From positions 1,203-65,202 of the forward strand of contig JBGSPL010000004.1 in NCBI GenBank assembly GCA_041738615.1: DNA of 64,000 nt, written 5' to 3'. The DNA comes from Patescibacteria group bacterium. GTDB taxonomy: Bacteria; Patescibacteriota; CPR2; UBA1875; CAIMLA01. Of this stretch, positions 19,768 through 29,722 are shown one piece after another; within the stretch, counting starts at the first letter, position 1, and every line of letters starts with the position of its first letter. Both the position numbers and the translations under genes were made by a program. A model generated the notes under the pieces. The model saw only the letters and a program-made list of their open reading frames with translations, was not told where the DNA came from and searched no databases.

Positions 19768-21093
19768 TTAGTTTAGTTGAACAGAAACAACCGAAACAAT
19801 GTTTGCAACGGCGCTCTCAGCTGCCTCTTTCGTTGCTGCTTCGGCCATGACACGGACTAAGGGCTCTGTTCCGGATGATCGTACTAGTACGCGGCCCAGA
19901 CCAGCCAGCGTCGCTGTTTCTTGCTTGATCGCATCTTGAACGGAGGCATTCATAGCAAGCTCCGATTTCTTGGTGGCGGGTACATTTATAAGAACTTGTG
20001 GATATTTGCACATCACTTTGGCGAGCTCACTCATTGTATTACCGCTTTCTTTGAGCGCAGCGGCAAGCTGGAGGGCGGTGACTAGCCCATCACCAGTAGT
20101 GTTGTGTTCGAGAAAGACAATGTGCCCAGATTGTTCGCCTCCGAAAGTGGCTCCTGTTTCTCTCATCTGCTCTAGTACGTAACGGTCACCAACATCTGTT
20201 TTTACCAAGTGTATACCTAGTTCTTCCATCGCCTTGTCGAGTCCCATGTTTGCCATAACGGTAGTAACAACTGTATTGTTCGCCAGTTTCCCCTGTGTTT
20301 TTAGGTGCCCTGCGCAGATTGCCATGATGTAGTCACCATCGATGGCTTCTCCATTTTCATCCACCGCAAGCACCCGGTCTGCGTCCCCGTCGTGTGCAAA
20401 ACCGAAGTCAGCGTGGGTATTAAGTACCAGCTCAGAAATAGGCCCTAGATTAGTCGAGCCGCAAGCCACGTTGATGTCGTCTCCAGCGTAACTATCGTTG
20501 ATAACGTGTACTTGGACCCCCAGGGCCCTAAAAGCCTCTGGAGTAGCTCTATATGCTGCGCCATGGCCACAATCTATCGCGACTGTAAGGCCAGAAAGTT
20601 CACCCGCGACTGTTGAGACGGCGTGAGTGATGTATCGGTCAGTCGCATCAGCCATATGAGAAGCTGCACGTGAGGTAGTGGGAATGCTGTCTGAATCTAG
20701 ATCTAGGACGTATTTCTCGATTTCTGATTCCTCTGCGTCCGAGAGTTTACCGCCAGCCGCATTGAATAGCTTGATGCCGTTATACTCTGGTGGGTTGTGC
20801 GAAGCGGAGATAACGATACCGCCAGTAGCCCCGGTTTCCTTTATCAGGAAAGCCACCGCGGGAGTCGGAATTACCCCGCAAATTACCGCTTCTACCCCCT
20901 CGCTGTGTAGGCCGGAAATGACTGCATTTTCCAGGTCTTCGCCGCTTCCTCTGGTGTCGCGTCCGATAACGACAGTTCCCTTACCCTTAGCAAGGAATTT
21001 GGCTGCCGCTGCCCCAAGCTTAGTCGTTAGCTCTAGTGTGAGCTCTTCGTAAGCAACACCACGAACGCCGTCTGTACCAAAAAGCTTACCCAT
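19768..21093 (-). CDS. glmM: Phosphoglucosamine mutase (start likely 21093)
   Basis: LFGTDGVRG, ISASHNP, DGDADR, GGEQSGH, RSSGTEP. Confidence 0.95.
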   Translation of the reverse strand: MGKLFGTDGVRGVAYEELTLELTTKLGAAAAKFLAKGKGTVVIGRDTRGSGEDLENAVISGLHSEGVEAVICGVIPTPAVAFLIKETGATGGIVISASHNPPEYNGIKLFNAAGGKLSDAEESEIEKYVLDLDSDSIPTTSRAASHMADATDRYITHAVSTVAGELSGLTVAIDCGHGAAYRATPEAFRALGVQVHVINDSYAGDDINVACGSTNLGPISELVLNTHADFGFAHDGDADRVLAVDENGEAIDGDYIMAICAGHLKTQGKLANNTVVTTVMANMGLDKAMEELGIHLVKTDVGDRYVLEQMRETGATFGGEQSGHIVFLEHNTTGDGLVTALQLAAALKESGNTMSELAKVMCKYPQVLINVPATKKSELAMNASVQDAIKQETATLAGLGRVLVRSSGTEPLVRVMAEAATKEAAESAVANIVSVVSVQLN

Positions 21094-21598
21094 GTTTCTT
21101 TTCCAAAAGTTCACGCGCTTTTTCAATGAAGAGCAGGTCTCTCTCGTGAATAAAGATGCTTCGTGGCCCAGTGGGGTGTTCATTCTCGATGGTATTTACG
21201 GCTTTTTCGAGCGGCATCCACTCGAGCGAGAAGTCCTCGGCGATTTCCTTATCTGAAAATTCTGGTCCGCAAACCTTCTTCGTAAGCTCGGCTAGGTAAC
21301 AATAGCTCAGTTGCAAAAACTCGAATTCATCGCGGTATTCAATGATGAGTCCGACTTCGTCTGTAACCTTGACTTCGCAGCCGGTCTCTTCCATTACCTC
21401 GCGTTCCAGGGCTTCCATGATAGACTCGCCCGGGTCGATGCCTCCTCCAGGCAGTTTGTGCATATGATATTTACCGACAAGAAGAAGAGCGATTTCGCCT
21501 TTGTCGTTTGTGACTACTGCTCTTGCCGCTCTTCGTATTTTGTATGATTGTCGCTTTTCTTCGTGGTTCCCGGGGTAGATTTCTTTGATTAGTTCCAT
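21086..21598 (-). CDS. NUDIX hydrolase
   Basis: PGGGIDPGESIMEALEREVMEETG Nudix box. Confidence 0.9.
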   Translation of the reverse strand: MELIKEIYPGNHEEKRQSYKIRRAARAVVTNDKGEIALLLVGKYHMHKLPGGGIDPGESIMEALEREVMEETGCEVKVTDEVGLIIEYRDEFEFLQLSYCYLAELTKKVCGPEFSDKEIAEDFSLEWMPLEKAVNTIENEHPTGPRSIFIHERDLLFIEKARELLEKKHG

Positions 21599-21702
21599 AA
21601 AAATGATTATATCATGGCTATATAGTCTAAGTCTCTGTATTTTAAGGATACCTTTATGGTATATTTACCAGAAATAGCAGATAAGATATTGGAAGAGGGA
21701 CT

Positions 21703-22338
21703 TTGCAGAATCTAGATGCGTATACTTTTGACGATGGGGTGCGTTACTTGCTGGAAATTAGCGCAACACATTTAGTGGCCGACGAGAAACCATTCTTGTT
21801 GGCTGTTGGAGGTGGCGTTGGTTCGGGTAAAAGCTACTTAGCTAGTCGATTGAAAGAGTCTTTAAAAGATCAGGCGGCTCTTATCTCTCAAGATGACTAC
21901 TTCTTCGACAACGAAACCGTCAATCCAGGACGCGAGGCATTTTTCAACTGGGAAAGTCCAGAGACGCTAAATATTGAATTGCTAAACTCCCACATAAACA
22001 GCTTAATAGCAGGGGAGCCGATTGATAGACCGATATACTGTATGGAGACCAGCAGCTGTATGGGGACTACGAAGGTTTTTCCTGCCAAGATAATCATCCT
22101 AGAGGGTACTCACGTGTTGAATCCAAGGTTAATTAAGGCAGATGAGTTCAAAGTATATGTTGACGCATCGGAAAGAACTCGATTGCAAAGGAAGCTGGTC
22201 AGGGACGTGGTGGAGCGGAAAAAAGGTACTGAAGAGTTTGTGAGGGGTTATTATGAAGCGGTGATTAAAGATTCGCACAGACGCTTCGTGGAACCTACTA
22301 AGAATTTTGCCAGGGTACTTATACTTAACGAAGCCTGA
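21703..22338 (+). CDS. udk: Uridine/cytidine kinase family protein
   Basis: GGVGSGKS, SQDDYF, IILEG, RDVVER, FVEPTK. Confidence 0.8.
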   Translation: MQNLDAYTFDDGVRYLLEISATHLVADEKPFLLAVGGGVGSGKSYLASRLKESLKDQAALISQDDYFFDNETVNPGREAFFNWESPETLNIELLNSHINSLIAGEPIDRPIYCMETSSCMGTTKVFPAKIIILEGTHVLNPRLIKADEFKVYVDASERTRLQRKLVRDVVERKKGTEEFVRGYYEAVIKDSHRRFVEPTKNFARVLILNEA

Positions 22339-22364
22339 AGATCTAATTTTCATTGCGCGCGTAA

Positions 22365-22392
22365 GAAAGTGCCCCGTTACCGGGGCACTTTC
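22365..22392. terminator. Hairpin between convergent genes
   Basis: GAAAGTGCCCCG-TTAC-CGGGGCACTTTC perfect 12-bp stem. Confidence 0.75.
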
Positions 22393-22422
22393 GGTGCCTA
22401 GGGAACGGGGCGTTAGCGCTGC

Positions 22423-22932
22423 CTACTGCAGCCAGTCGATCGTGTAGGTCGTGTTGACGACGATAGCAGTATCACCAGGGCGCTTGCTCATAAGAGCTTC
22501 TGCGAGCGGGGTCTCCTGCGCGAGAACCATGATGGAAACCGGTTCTGCGTCCGGATCGGCGGCGTATTCGATCGGCTTGCCCGCCTTTCCCGGAACGATG
22601 AAGACCAGAAGGTCCCTGTCGCTGCCGGTGCTTGCCAGGACCTTCACAAGTGAGTAGCACTGCACTGTCTCGTGTGGGACCTTGTCCCACCCCTCAGGCA
22701 TGAGAGACATCTCACCGAGAGCTGCCTGGAACTTCGCGGCAGTTTCACGAGCAGCCTTCGCCATGCTCTGTTGCTGGCTCCGGTTGGTGTCGCTTGCGGA
22801 CTCCATCTTGCTGGGATAGCCTGCGGCCTCCTGTTCGAAATAGCGGACCTGATCTTCTGTTTCGGCGACAATCTCTTTGACCGCATCGAGTGCAAGGTCA
22901 AAGATCGCCTTCTTGCTGTATGCCGAAGCCAT
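22423..22932 (-). CDS. GreA/GreB-like protein
   Basis: N-terminal coiled coil with acidic tip; C-terminal TPLAEALMSKRPGD. Confidence 0.7.
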   Translation of the reverse strand: MASAYSKKAIFDLALDAVKEIVAETEDQVRYFEQEAAGYPSKMESASDTNRSQQQSMAKAARETAAKFQAALGEMSLMPEGWDKVPHETVQCYSLVKVLASTGSDRDLLVFIVPGKAGKPIEYAADPDAEPVSIMVLAQETPLAEALMSKRPGDTAIVVNTTYTIDWLQ

Positions 22933-23112
22933 TTCCGAACCCTCCTGTCGGTTTGGCGTTGACTACATGACAATCAAGAACGATACGCATTATCGCACAT
23001 CTAAAGCCTTATGTCAAGGCTTCTACTTGTTCTTTTTTGTTCCTTTGTAAAGGTTTTTCGGTAAGATTATTATTTTGTAACATATCACGGCAACCAACTG
23101 GAAAGGGGTCTC

Positions 23113-23547
23113 ATGAAAAATTTCGATCTGCCGATAAAGGCGGAAGTGATACCGTACACGAATAAGGGTGGTGACTTCAGATTTCTACTACTGAAAAGAT
23201 GTCCCGAAGATGGCAGCTTCTGGCAACCGGTTACCGGCACACTCGAATCAGATGAATCACTTGTTTCTTGTATGTCCAGGGAAATGCAAGAAGAGGCGGG
23301 GATCTCAGAGAATGATATTTTCCAAATCACGGATTTGCTCCACGTTTTCCATTGGATGAAGAAAGGCGTATATATTACCGAATATGTTTTTGGCGCCGAA
23401 CTTACTAACGAAATTGACGTAAAGCTTAGTGACGAACATACAGATTACAAGTGGTGTTCATACGAAGAAGCGCTGGCCTCTTTGGGGAAAGCGGAAAACG
23501 TGGAATGCTACAAGATCTTTATGCAGAAAATGATGGGTTTACGATGA
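23113..23547 (+). CDS. NUDIX hydrolase (NudB-like)
   Basis: LLLKR...FWQPVTG..E......REMQEEAG, LSDEH..YKW. Confidence 0.85.
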   Translation: MKNFDLPIKAEVIPYTNKGGDFRFLLLKRCPEDGSFWQPVTGTLESDESLVSCMSREMQEEAGISENDIFQITDLLHVFHWMKKGVYITEYVFGAELTNEIDVKLSDEHTDYKWCSYEEALASLGKAENVECYKIFMQKMMGLR

Positions 23548-25055
23548 ATACAATGATCATTGGGGTCGGGTATCACGCAAGGAGGATTTATCTGCCATAT
23601 CTGATGGAAAATGAAAGTAGGGGCAGTCTGGTCTGCGGTGTAGATATATATTCTCAAAAGGAGAAAATAGCGGAGTATCTGGACACGAGAGGCTATTCGT
23701 TGCCAATGTACTACACTGACGACTTGGAGCAGAACTCGCTTAGTCTGAGCCTGGATAAAATGCTCAAGGAACTTGTTTCAGATTATCATGTCGATAGCGT
23801 CATTATTTCAACAGAGCCGCTAATGCACCACAAGTACGCCAAGTGGGCCCTGGAGAACAATCTCAATGTTCTTATGGATAAACCCGTAACCAGCGAGGAA
23901 GGGGTCTCTGCTGATCTTGTAAAATCCAGAAAGATTGTGAGCGATTTTGACGAACTTTCTGAATTGTACCTACAAAAGAAAGAGAGAGGGCTCGTAGGCG
24001 CATTTTCCTTAATGTCGCAGAGGCGATTCCATCCGGCTTATACCTTAATGAAGAAGAAGCTAAAGGAAGTATTTGAAGCTACAAACTGTCCCGTGACTTC
24101 GATTCAGATATCCCATAGTGATGGGATGTGGAGAACTCCAACAGAGATTATTGAGATGGATTATCACCCATACAATCAGGGTTACGGGAAAATCTCTCAC
24201 TCCGGGTACCATAGCTTGGATATGTTGAATTGGCTCCAGGATTTTGCTGGGACTGGCGAAAAAGCGTATGACAGGGTGGAAGTTACTAGTAATTTTGTCC
24301 GGCCTGTAGATTTTTTGTCGCAGATTACTCTTTCGGATTACCGTCGGATATTTCCAGATTTTGATAAATATAACAAATATACAGAAGACGAGTTCTGTAA
24401 GGCGACTGAGAATTATGGCGAGATAGATGCTTTTTGCTCGATAGCCTTTAAAAAGGGTGAAAAGACGCTCTGTCTCGGAAGCTTGAATGCGATGCACAAC
24501 GGTTTTTCGCAACGAGGTTGGTTGGATTCTGAGGGCAGAGATCTCTATAAAGGAAATGGTAGAATACGCCAGGAATCATATTTTATCGAACAGGGGCCGT
24601 TTCAATCGATTTCATTTATATCTTACCAGTCCAAAGAAATTAATCCCGATAATAACCAGAGTGTCTATGCGTTTGGGGGTGAAAGGCATTTAGATATACA
24701 TGTATTCCGCAATAACGGAATCTATCCTCAGTGGAAGACCCATGAGGTTTTTAGTATCAAAGATATCTCGCAGGAATTTATGACAGGATATTCAAGAGGT
24801 CATCAGGAAGACGCTAGAATTGCTTGTATTGTAGACTTCTACGAATCCATCTCGGCGGGGCGCGATACACAATCTGATCTGCTAGATCATCATAAGGGCA
24901 CCTATCTATTGTCGGCTATTTACGAGTCTGAGATACTGAAACGGAGTGGAGGTAACCCAATGGTACAGGTAAATATCGCCGATAAAAAGGCTCAAGAAGT
25001 CGACTATGTATATGAGAAAACAGAGTCAGAATTTGCGACACCTGCCTTTGCCTAG
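23544..25055 (+). CDS. Gfo/Idh/MocA-family oxidoreductase (start 23544, ATGA overlap)
   Basis: IIGVGYHA Rossmann loop, VLMDKP, QRRFHP, HSGYHSLD. Confidence 0.8.
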   Translation: MNTMIIGVGYHARRIYLPYLMENESRGSLVCGVDIYSQKEKIAEYLDTRGYSLPMYYTDDLEQNSLSLSLDKMLKELVSDYHVDSVIISTEPLMHHKYAKWALENNLNVLMDKPVTSEEGVSADLVKSRKIVSDFDELSELYLQKKERGLVGAFSLMSQRRFHPAYTLMKKKLKEVFEATNCPVTSIQISHSDGMWRTPTEIIEMDYHPYNQGYGKISHSGYHSLDMLNWLQDFAGTGEKAYDRVEVTSNFVRPVDFLSQITLSDYRRIFPDFDKYNKYTEDEFCKATENYGEIDAFCSIAFKKGEKTLCLGSLNAMHNGFSQRGWLDSEGRDLYKGNGRIRQESYFIEQGPFQSISFISYQSKEINPDNNQSVYAFGGERHLDIHVFRNNGIYPQWKTHEVFSIKDISQEFMTGYSRGHQEDARIACIVDFYESISAGRDTQSDLLDHHKGTYLLSAIYESEILKRSGGNPMVQVNIADKKAQEVDYVYEKTESEFATPAFA

Positions 25056-25158
25056 GCACAAAATATTCAAAGAATGTGAATAACAGGTAAATTCTTCAGA
25101 AATATTCCTTATGATACTTTTGCTTTAAGTAATAAACTCTGTCCATGCCAAGGTAATA

Positions 25159-26157
25159 ATGCTGAGGCAGCTCCTTGAAAGGGGGGAAGTAAAGGTGAAC
25201 GCAGCCAATGATTCGCTCAGGGTTCGTGTTACACCGTATTGCAACCTGAATTGTGACTTCTGTCACGAAGAAGGAGGCGATGCGTCTTGTCCGATTTCGC
25301 TCAGCCAGGTGGTGGAGATAACCAAGTTCGCACATGAGCATGGTTTCAACAAGTTCCACTTGACCGGCGGCGAACCAAGCTGTCATCCGGAGCTCGTTGG
25401 AATCGTCCGCATCATTACGGGTGCTGGATTCCCGTGTGGTATCACGACCAATGGGCAGTTTCGCTCTTCGCTCCTCGCGGAGCTGAGAGATGCCGGTGTG
25501 ACTAGCCTGAACTTCTCCATTCACACAGTAGACCCTGCCGCTTGGGCTCAGGTCCAGCAGCACTCTGATACCAGAAAGGCCGCAGCCCAGATTTCTCGGG
25601 CAATCGAGAATATGAAGCAGTCGGTCGCACTTGGAATCAGGACGAAGGTCAACATCGTGGTTGGTGAAGACGCAGCACAGGCCATCGGAGTTATTGAGGC
25701 CCTGCGTGGCTCTGGAGTTGAAATCCGACTCCTTAGCTTGCTTGGTTCAAATGACTCGCTTATCAACCTCGATTACCTCCTCGGACATTACGAGGCGGAA
25801 ATCGTCGATGAGATGCGAGTTCTCGACTCCAGCCAGTACCGTTCGACGTACAACAGCACCGCTGGCGTTCTCGTGGTGAAGAACATTCACCCGCATCGCG
25901 AACTTGCAGTCTGCAAGGGCTGCAAAGAGAACTGCCTCGAAGGCTTCTACGGCGTACGTCTGATACCGATGGAGGAAGACATTCTTGTCCGCCTTTGTAT
26001 CCACCGCACCTGTGAGAACACACTGATGTCTCTTTCGGCTTTCGCCGAAGGGCCTCAGCTCAGTGCACTCAAGTCACGCGGCGGACTCAATTGCAACCAC
26101 CAGGAGGTGAGTCATGAAGGCTACAACCTCACAGGAGCACGCATTTGTAGTGCTTGA
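25159..26157 (+). CDS. Radical SAM enzyme, MoaA-like with Cys-rich C-terminal extension (alternative start GTG 25195)
   Basis: LRVRVTPYCNLNCDFCHEEG (CxxxCxxC), LTGGEP, TTNG, C-terminal CKGCKENC..EG.Y..RL..RLC. Confidence 0.85.
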   Translation: MLRQLLERGEVKVNAANDSLRVRVTPYCNLNCDFCHEEGGDASCPISLSQVVEITKFAHEHGFNKFHLTGGEPSCHPELVGIVRIITGAGFPCGITTNGQFRSSLLAELRDAGVTSLNFSIHTVDPAAWAQVQQHSDTRKAAAQISRAIENMKQSVALGIRTKVNIVVGEDAAQAIGVIEALRGSGVEIRLLSLLGSNDSLINLDYLLGHYEAEIVDEMRVLDSSQYRSTYNSTAGVLVVKNIHPHRELAVCKGCKENCLEGFYGVRLIPMEEDILVRLCIHRTCENTLMSLSAFAEGPQLSALKSRGGLNCNHQEVSHEGYNLTGARICSA

Positions 26158-26674
26158 GGGCATCGACATTCGAGGCAAGACAACAGTCAGTCGGGAGCTC
26201 GCAGAGGTCATTGGCGCAACTTTGGTCAAGACCCCTGTATCGCCGGTGGCCGAGTTCCGCAAGGTTTACGACTGCTGTGAGAACTACGACGCACGGTACC
26301 TGTACTACATGAGCTCCTTGGTTCTGGCCTCGGTCGAAATCACTGAGCTTCTGAAGTCTGGTCCCGTAGTCTGCGACAGGTGGCTGCATTCGGCCGTTCT
26401 CTATCACAAGGCTCTCGGTGTTGACACCTCTATGGTGAACATCGAAAGGCTCCACCTTGCCGTTCCGTCGCTCACGGTCTGTCTGGTCTGCGACGCATCG
26501 GTTGCAGCAGAGAGATTTCGCCAGCGTGGCGAAAACAAGGACGACAACATCGAGGACAACAAAGGTTTGCTGGCCACCGTCGACCGCTTGATGCAAGAAT
26601 CCATCCTCGCACAGGTCGACACGAGCTTCACGACGGCAAGTGAAGCGGCGCTGCAAATCGCAGCGATGCTCTAG
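26114..26674 (+). CDS. Thymidylate kinase/CMPK2-like nucleotide kinase, copy 1
   Basis: VVLEGIDIRGKTT P-loop, VKTP...FRKVYD, VVCDRW; CAGGAGG ribosome-binding site. Confidence 0.85.
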   Translation: MKATTSQEHAFVVLEGIDIRGKTTVSRELAEVIGATLVKTPVSPVAEFRKVYDCCENYDARYLYYMSSLVLASVEITELLKSGPVVCDRWLHSAVLYHKALGVDTSMVNIERLHLAVPSLTVCLVCDASVAAERFRQRGENKDDNIEDNKGLLATVDRLMQESILAQVDTSFTTASEAALQIAAML

Positions 26675-26717
26675 GGCTCTATCCGGAGAAGGACTCCGGC
26701 TGGAGCCCTTCTTCTTA
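26673..26717 (+). terminator. Hairpin/terminator after kinase copy 1
   Basis: AGGGCTCTA-T-CCGGAG-AAGGA-CTCCGG-C-TGGAGCCCT then TCTTCTT. Confidence 0.7.
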
Positions 26718-26754
26718 AATTTACAAAAGCCCTAATTTATGGTAACTTTTCAAT

Positions 26755-27267
26755 ATGAATTCAGAAATAGAAAAAAAGTATAAGATTAATACCTACGAAA
26801 AGGCAAAAGAAGAGATTATTGCTTTGGGGGCAAGTCATCTTTCGACCACCACTGACGTAGATGTATATTTTCTGGTTCCCCAGGCAATCCCAAACACACG
26901 TTATCTTCGTGTTAGAACAAAGGGCGGTAAGAATACTTTGGCTTATCACGAAGTAGTTGACGATCTAGAAACTAAGGAATGGGAAGTTGATGTTTCAGAC
27001 GCTGATGTAACCCATGATATCGTCGAAAAACTTGGTTTTGCTGAAGAGGTTGTGGTCAAGAAAACACGTGAGACTTATACCCTTGGAGATAGCGAAATAC
27101 TTGTCGATTGTATAGATGGCTTAGGGCACTTCGTAGAAATCGAGTCACCTGATGTAGTTTCTCTGGATAAAATTGCGGGAAAAATAACTCTTGGGGACCA
27201 GATTGTTGGCAAGGGGTATCCAGACTTAGTAAAAGAAAAGAGTGCGCATGAGACAGCCGTTAAATAG
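26755..27267 (+). CDS. CYTH-domain protein (class IV adenylate cyclase / triphosphatase fold)
   Basis: EIEKK, DVYF, LRVR, VKKTRE, GLGHFVEIE, GYPDL. Confidence 0.9.
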   Translation: MNSEIEKKYKINTYEKAKEEIIALGASHLSTTTDVDVYFLVPQAIPNTRYLRVRTKGGKNTLAYHEVVDDLETKEWEVDVSDADVTHDIVEKLGFAEEVVVKKTRETYTLGDSEILVDCIDGLGHFVEIESPDVVSLDKIAGKITLGDQIVGKGYPDLVKEKSAHETAVK

Positions 27268-28966
27268 TGACGTCCTAAGAGCAAAGAATAAGACTCTATA
27301 TCGGAGTTTTTTTTCTAATTACGACTTCGTTGTGTCGTCACCAGGAGGAGCTATTCTGGCCGGAACTTTTACGGATCATGTCGGGGGCCCTGGATTGCAC
27401 CAAAAAGTTCCTCTAAGAAACTACCTCGGTGTAAAGATAATCGAGAAGAACGATATCATCTTTGAAAACTACGGAACTTATGATTATTTTACTAATTCCT
27501 TTATTATTTTAGATGTAAAAAAAGAGAATATCGGCAAGTTGAGGCTTTTGAGGGAAATGATTTCGCTGAAGCTGGGGAGAGAGATAGGCCTTAGCGTCGG
27601 GATTCTGAATGAAATTCCAAGAAGGACCGGTCTAAATAACCCAGGCACAAATGCTGCCAATCTTACGGCTGCATATTTGTTACTCACAGAGCAAATCACA
27701 GCAAGGGATCTGGATGACTTTCAGAATCTGACAGTAGATTTTGATTCGAAAAAGCGGAATCTGATCAAAGCCACAGCGAAAAAATTCCATTCGGTTTGGC
27801 TCAATAGGAAGAGTGCTGGATTCGGAGTCCTATCTAGCTTAGTCAATCGATCAGACATTCTGGTTTATAACCCTGCTGCCGATTACCCTGTAGTTCCGAT
27901 AGCTGAAATATTTTCTCAAGAGAGCTTTCAAGAACTGCCTTTCGATGTAGTAATAATCGGCACCTCGGATAGATATGACATAGACTTTTCACTGCGAAAA
28001 TACGATGAAGTCGGTAATATCTTTTCGATTACTAATGAGGATGTAACCAAGTTTGATAAAGGATTCGGCCTTGATGAACCTGAGATTGATGACTTCCCAG
28101 CAGCGCTTTGTAAAAGTTATTTTGACGTTGCCAGTACAACGGGACTTGCCACAGTAATAGCGGTGGGCAAGTTTATCAAGGACCCGAGCATAGAAAATCA
28201 GAGAATTTGTTTGCAGTTGTTTAACAGTTCATACGACATGATCAATCTTTTCGGGCAGAATTTTTCTCGCAAAAATAAGGTGCATTCATTTGTGAAGAAA
28301 TACTATTACGAGGTTCTTTCCGATATGCCGTTTGCAATCACTACTGGTATTACGAACAACCTCGCATTAGTCACACCAAAGGAGTCCTCGAGGCAAGACC
28401 TCTCAGCACTCGTGGGCTATCTAGAGAGAAAGCTAGGTTTTGATATCTCCTATCCATATATTTCATGGATAGACGACTCGGACAACAAGGGAGCGGTTGT
28501 GGAGAAATGGGATGATCAGGGGATCCAAGCTGCTTACATCCAAAGGAATTGCCTGAACCTTTACAGTGTTCATACTATGGACGTGATACCTATGGTTACG
28601 GCCATAGACAACCGGGAGGGTCTCGAAAAAACATACGACATCCTTTTTGACGAAGACGATAAAAAGATATTCATCAACGGGAAGAAAGTAACATCGAAGG
28701 AATTACCAACAGTGGCGGCGACACTCAGTCTGTTTAATCTGCTAACTCAGACTGAGGACTTTGAGATATCGTCAGAAAAGTTGCCGGACCAATCATATTT
28801 CCAAGACAGAAACGAGCTCCAGAGTAAAATCGTAAGCCCGCTAAGAATTTATGTAGAAAAAGAACTAAACAAACACATCAACTTGAAGATAAGCGGAACG
28901 CTTTCTGAATATAAAGTGACACTATTTCCTTCTGATATTTCAGTCGGAGTTATCAGACGTTGCTAG
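27242..28966 (+). CDS. GHMP-kinase-like protein with probable C-terminal DNA-binding region
   Basis: SSPG...AG...D..GG and EIPRRTGLNNPG resemble degenerate GHMP motifs; C-terminus resembles a winged helix (weak). Confidence 0.5.
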   Translation: MRMRQPLNSDVLRAKNKTLYRSFFSNYDFVVSSPGGAILAGTFTDHVGGPGLHQKVPLRNYLGVKIIEKNDIIFENYGTYDYFTNSFIILDVKKENIGKLRLLREMISLKLGREIGLSVGILNEIPRRTGLNNPGTNAANLTAAYLLLTEQITARDLDDFQNLTVDFDSKKRNLIKATAKKFHSVWLNRKSAGFGVLSSLVNRSDILVYNPAADYPVVPIAEIFSQESFQELPFDVVIIGTSDRYDIDFSLRKYDEVGNIFSITNEDVTKFDKGFGLDEPEIDDFPAALCKSYFDVASTTGLATVIAVGKFIKDPSIENQRICLQLFNSSYDMINLFGQNFSRKNKVHSFVKKYYYEVLSDMPFAITTGITNNLALVTPKESSRQDLSALVGYLERKLGFDISYPYISWIDDSDNKGAVVEKWDDQGIQAAYIQRNCLNLYSVHTMDVIPMVTAIDNREGLEKTYDILFDEDDKKIFINGKKVTSKELPTVAATLSLFNLLTQTEDFEISSEKLPDQSYFQDRNELQSKIVSPLRIYVEKELNKHINLKISGTLSEYKVTLFPSDISVGVIRRC

Positions 28967-28987
28967 CCCCATAACAGGCTTATCCGT

Positions 28988-29023
28988 AATAGAAAAGAAG
29001 GCTTCGAAGCCTTCTTTTCTATT
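28988..29023. terminator. Perfect 36-bp palindrome, bidirectional terminator
   Basis: AATAGAAAAGAAGGCTTCGAAGCCTTCTTTTCTATT. Confidence 0.8.
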
Positions 29024-29167
29024 CAGTTATATTCCTTACTAAAGGCAATAATTAAACATTAACATTACGATAAGCAGAAGCAATCCGGCCAATGCTGTTC
29101 CTTGAAAGGGATTTCAGGTAATCGGTGCGATAAACACGATACCACGACCATCAACTGGAGGTGCGAA

Positions 29168-29722
29168 ATGTACGAGAACACATTGTTTCCGTTCGTAGTA
29201 CTCGAGTCGATTGATGGTTGTGGAAAGACTTCCATCAGCCATAATCTTGCAAGCATCTTGGGGGCCACTCTGGTAAAGTCTCCAGTAGAGCCCCTCGATG
29301 CCTTTCGTAAGGTCTACGATGACTGTGGCAACTACACGGCACGGTATTTGTACTACCTGAGCACTCAGGTTGTTTCATCAGCGCGTATTGCAGAGCTGCG
29401 AAAGAGCGGCCCTGTAGTATGTGACCGTTACCTGCCATCGACTGTACTATATCACCGGGCATTCGGTGTCGACACCTCGGTGGTTGATACCGATAAGCTC
29501 GGGCTCGAAATCCCTTCACTTATGGTCTGCCTTACCTGCCGTGAGGATATCCGTTGGGAACGGATTTGTTCTCGGGGCGAGGATAAGGATGACCATATCG
29601 AGGACAACCTGGCCCTGCTTGCAAAAGTAGATAAGATGATGAGGCTCGAAATCCCTCTTCACGTCGACACAAGCTTTACAACACCTCGCGAGGCTGCGTT
29701 GCAGATTGCTGCCATGCTCTAG
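29168..29722 (+). CDS. Thymidylate kinase/CMPK2-like nucleotide kinase, copy 2 (start likely 29168)
   Basis: VVLESIDGCGKTS, VKSP...FRKVYD, VVCDRY; collinear paralog of 26114..26674; GGAGG ribosome-binding site. Confidence 0.85.
   Translation: MYENTLFPFVVLESIDGCGKTSISHNLASILGATLVKSPVEPLDAFRKVYDDCGNYTARYLYYLSTQVVSSARIAELRKSGPVVCDRYLPSTVLYHRAFGVDTSVVDTDKLGLEIPSLMVCLTCREDIRWERICSRGEDKDDHIEDNLALLAKVDKMMRLEIPLHVDTSFTTPREAALQIAAML

Noticed and set aside
25159-26157. Calling the radical SAM gene viperin or moaA
   Set aside because: It lacks the viperin-type sequence around the cluster motif, its C-terminal Cys spacing differs from canonical MoaA, and no molybdopterin genes are nearby, so no symbol was given
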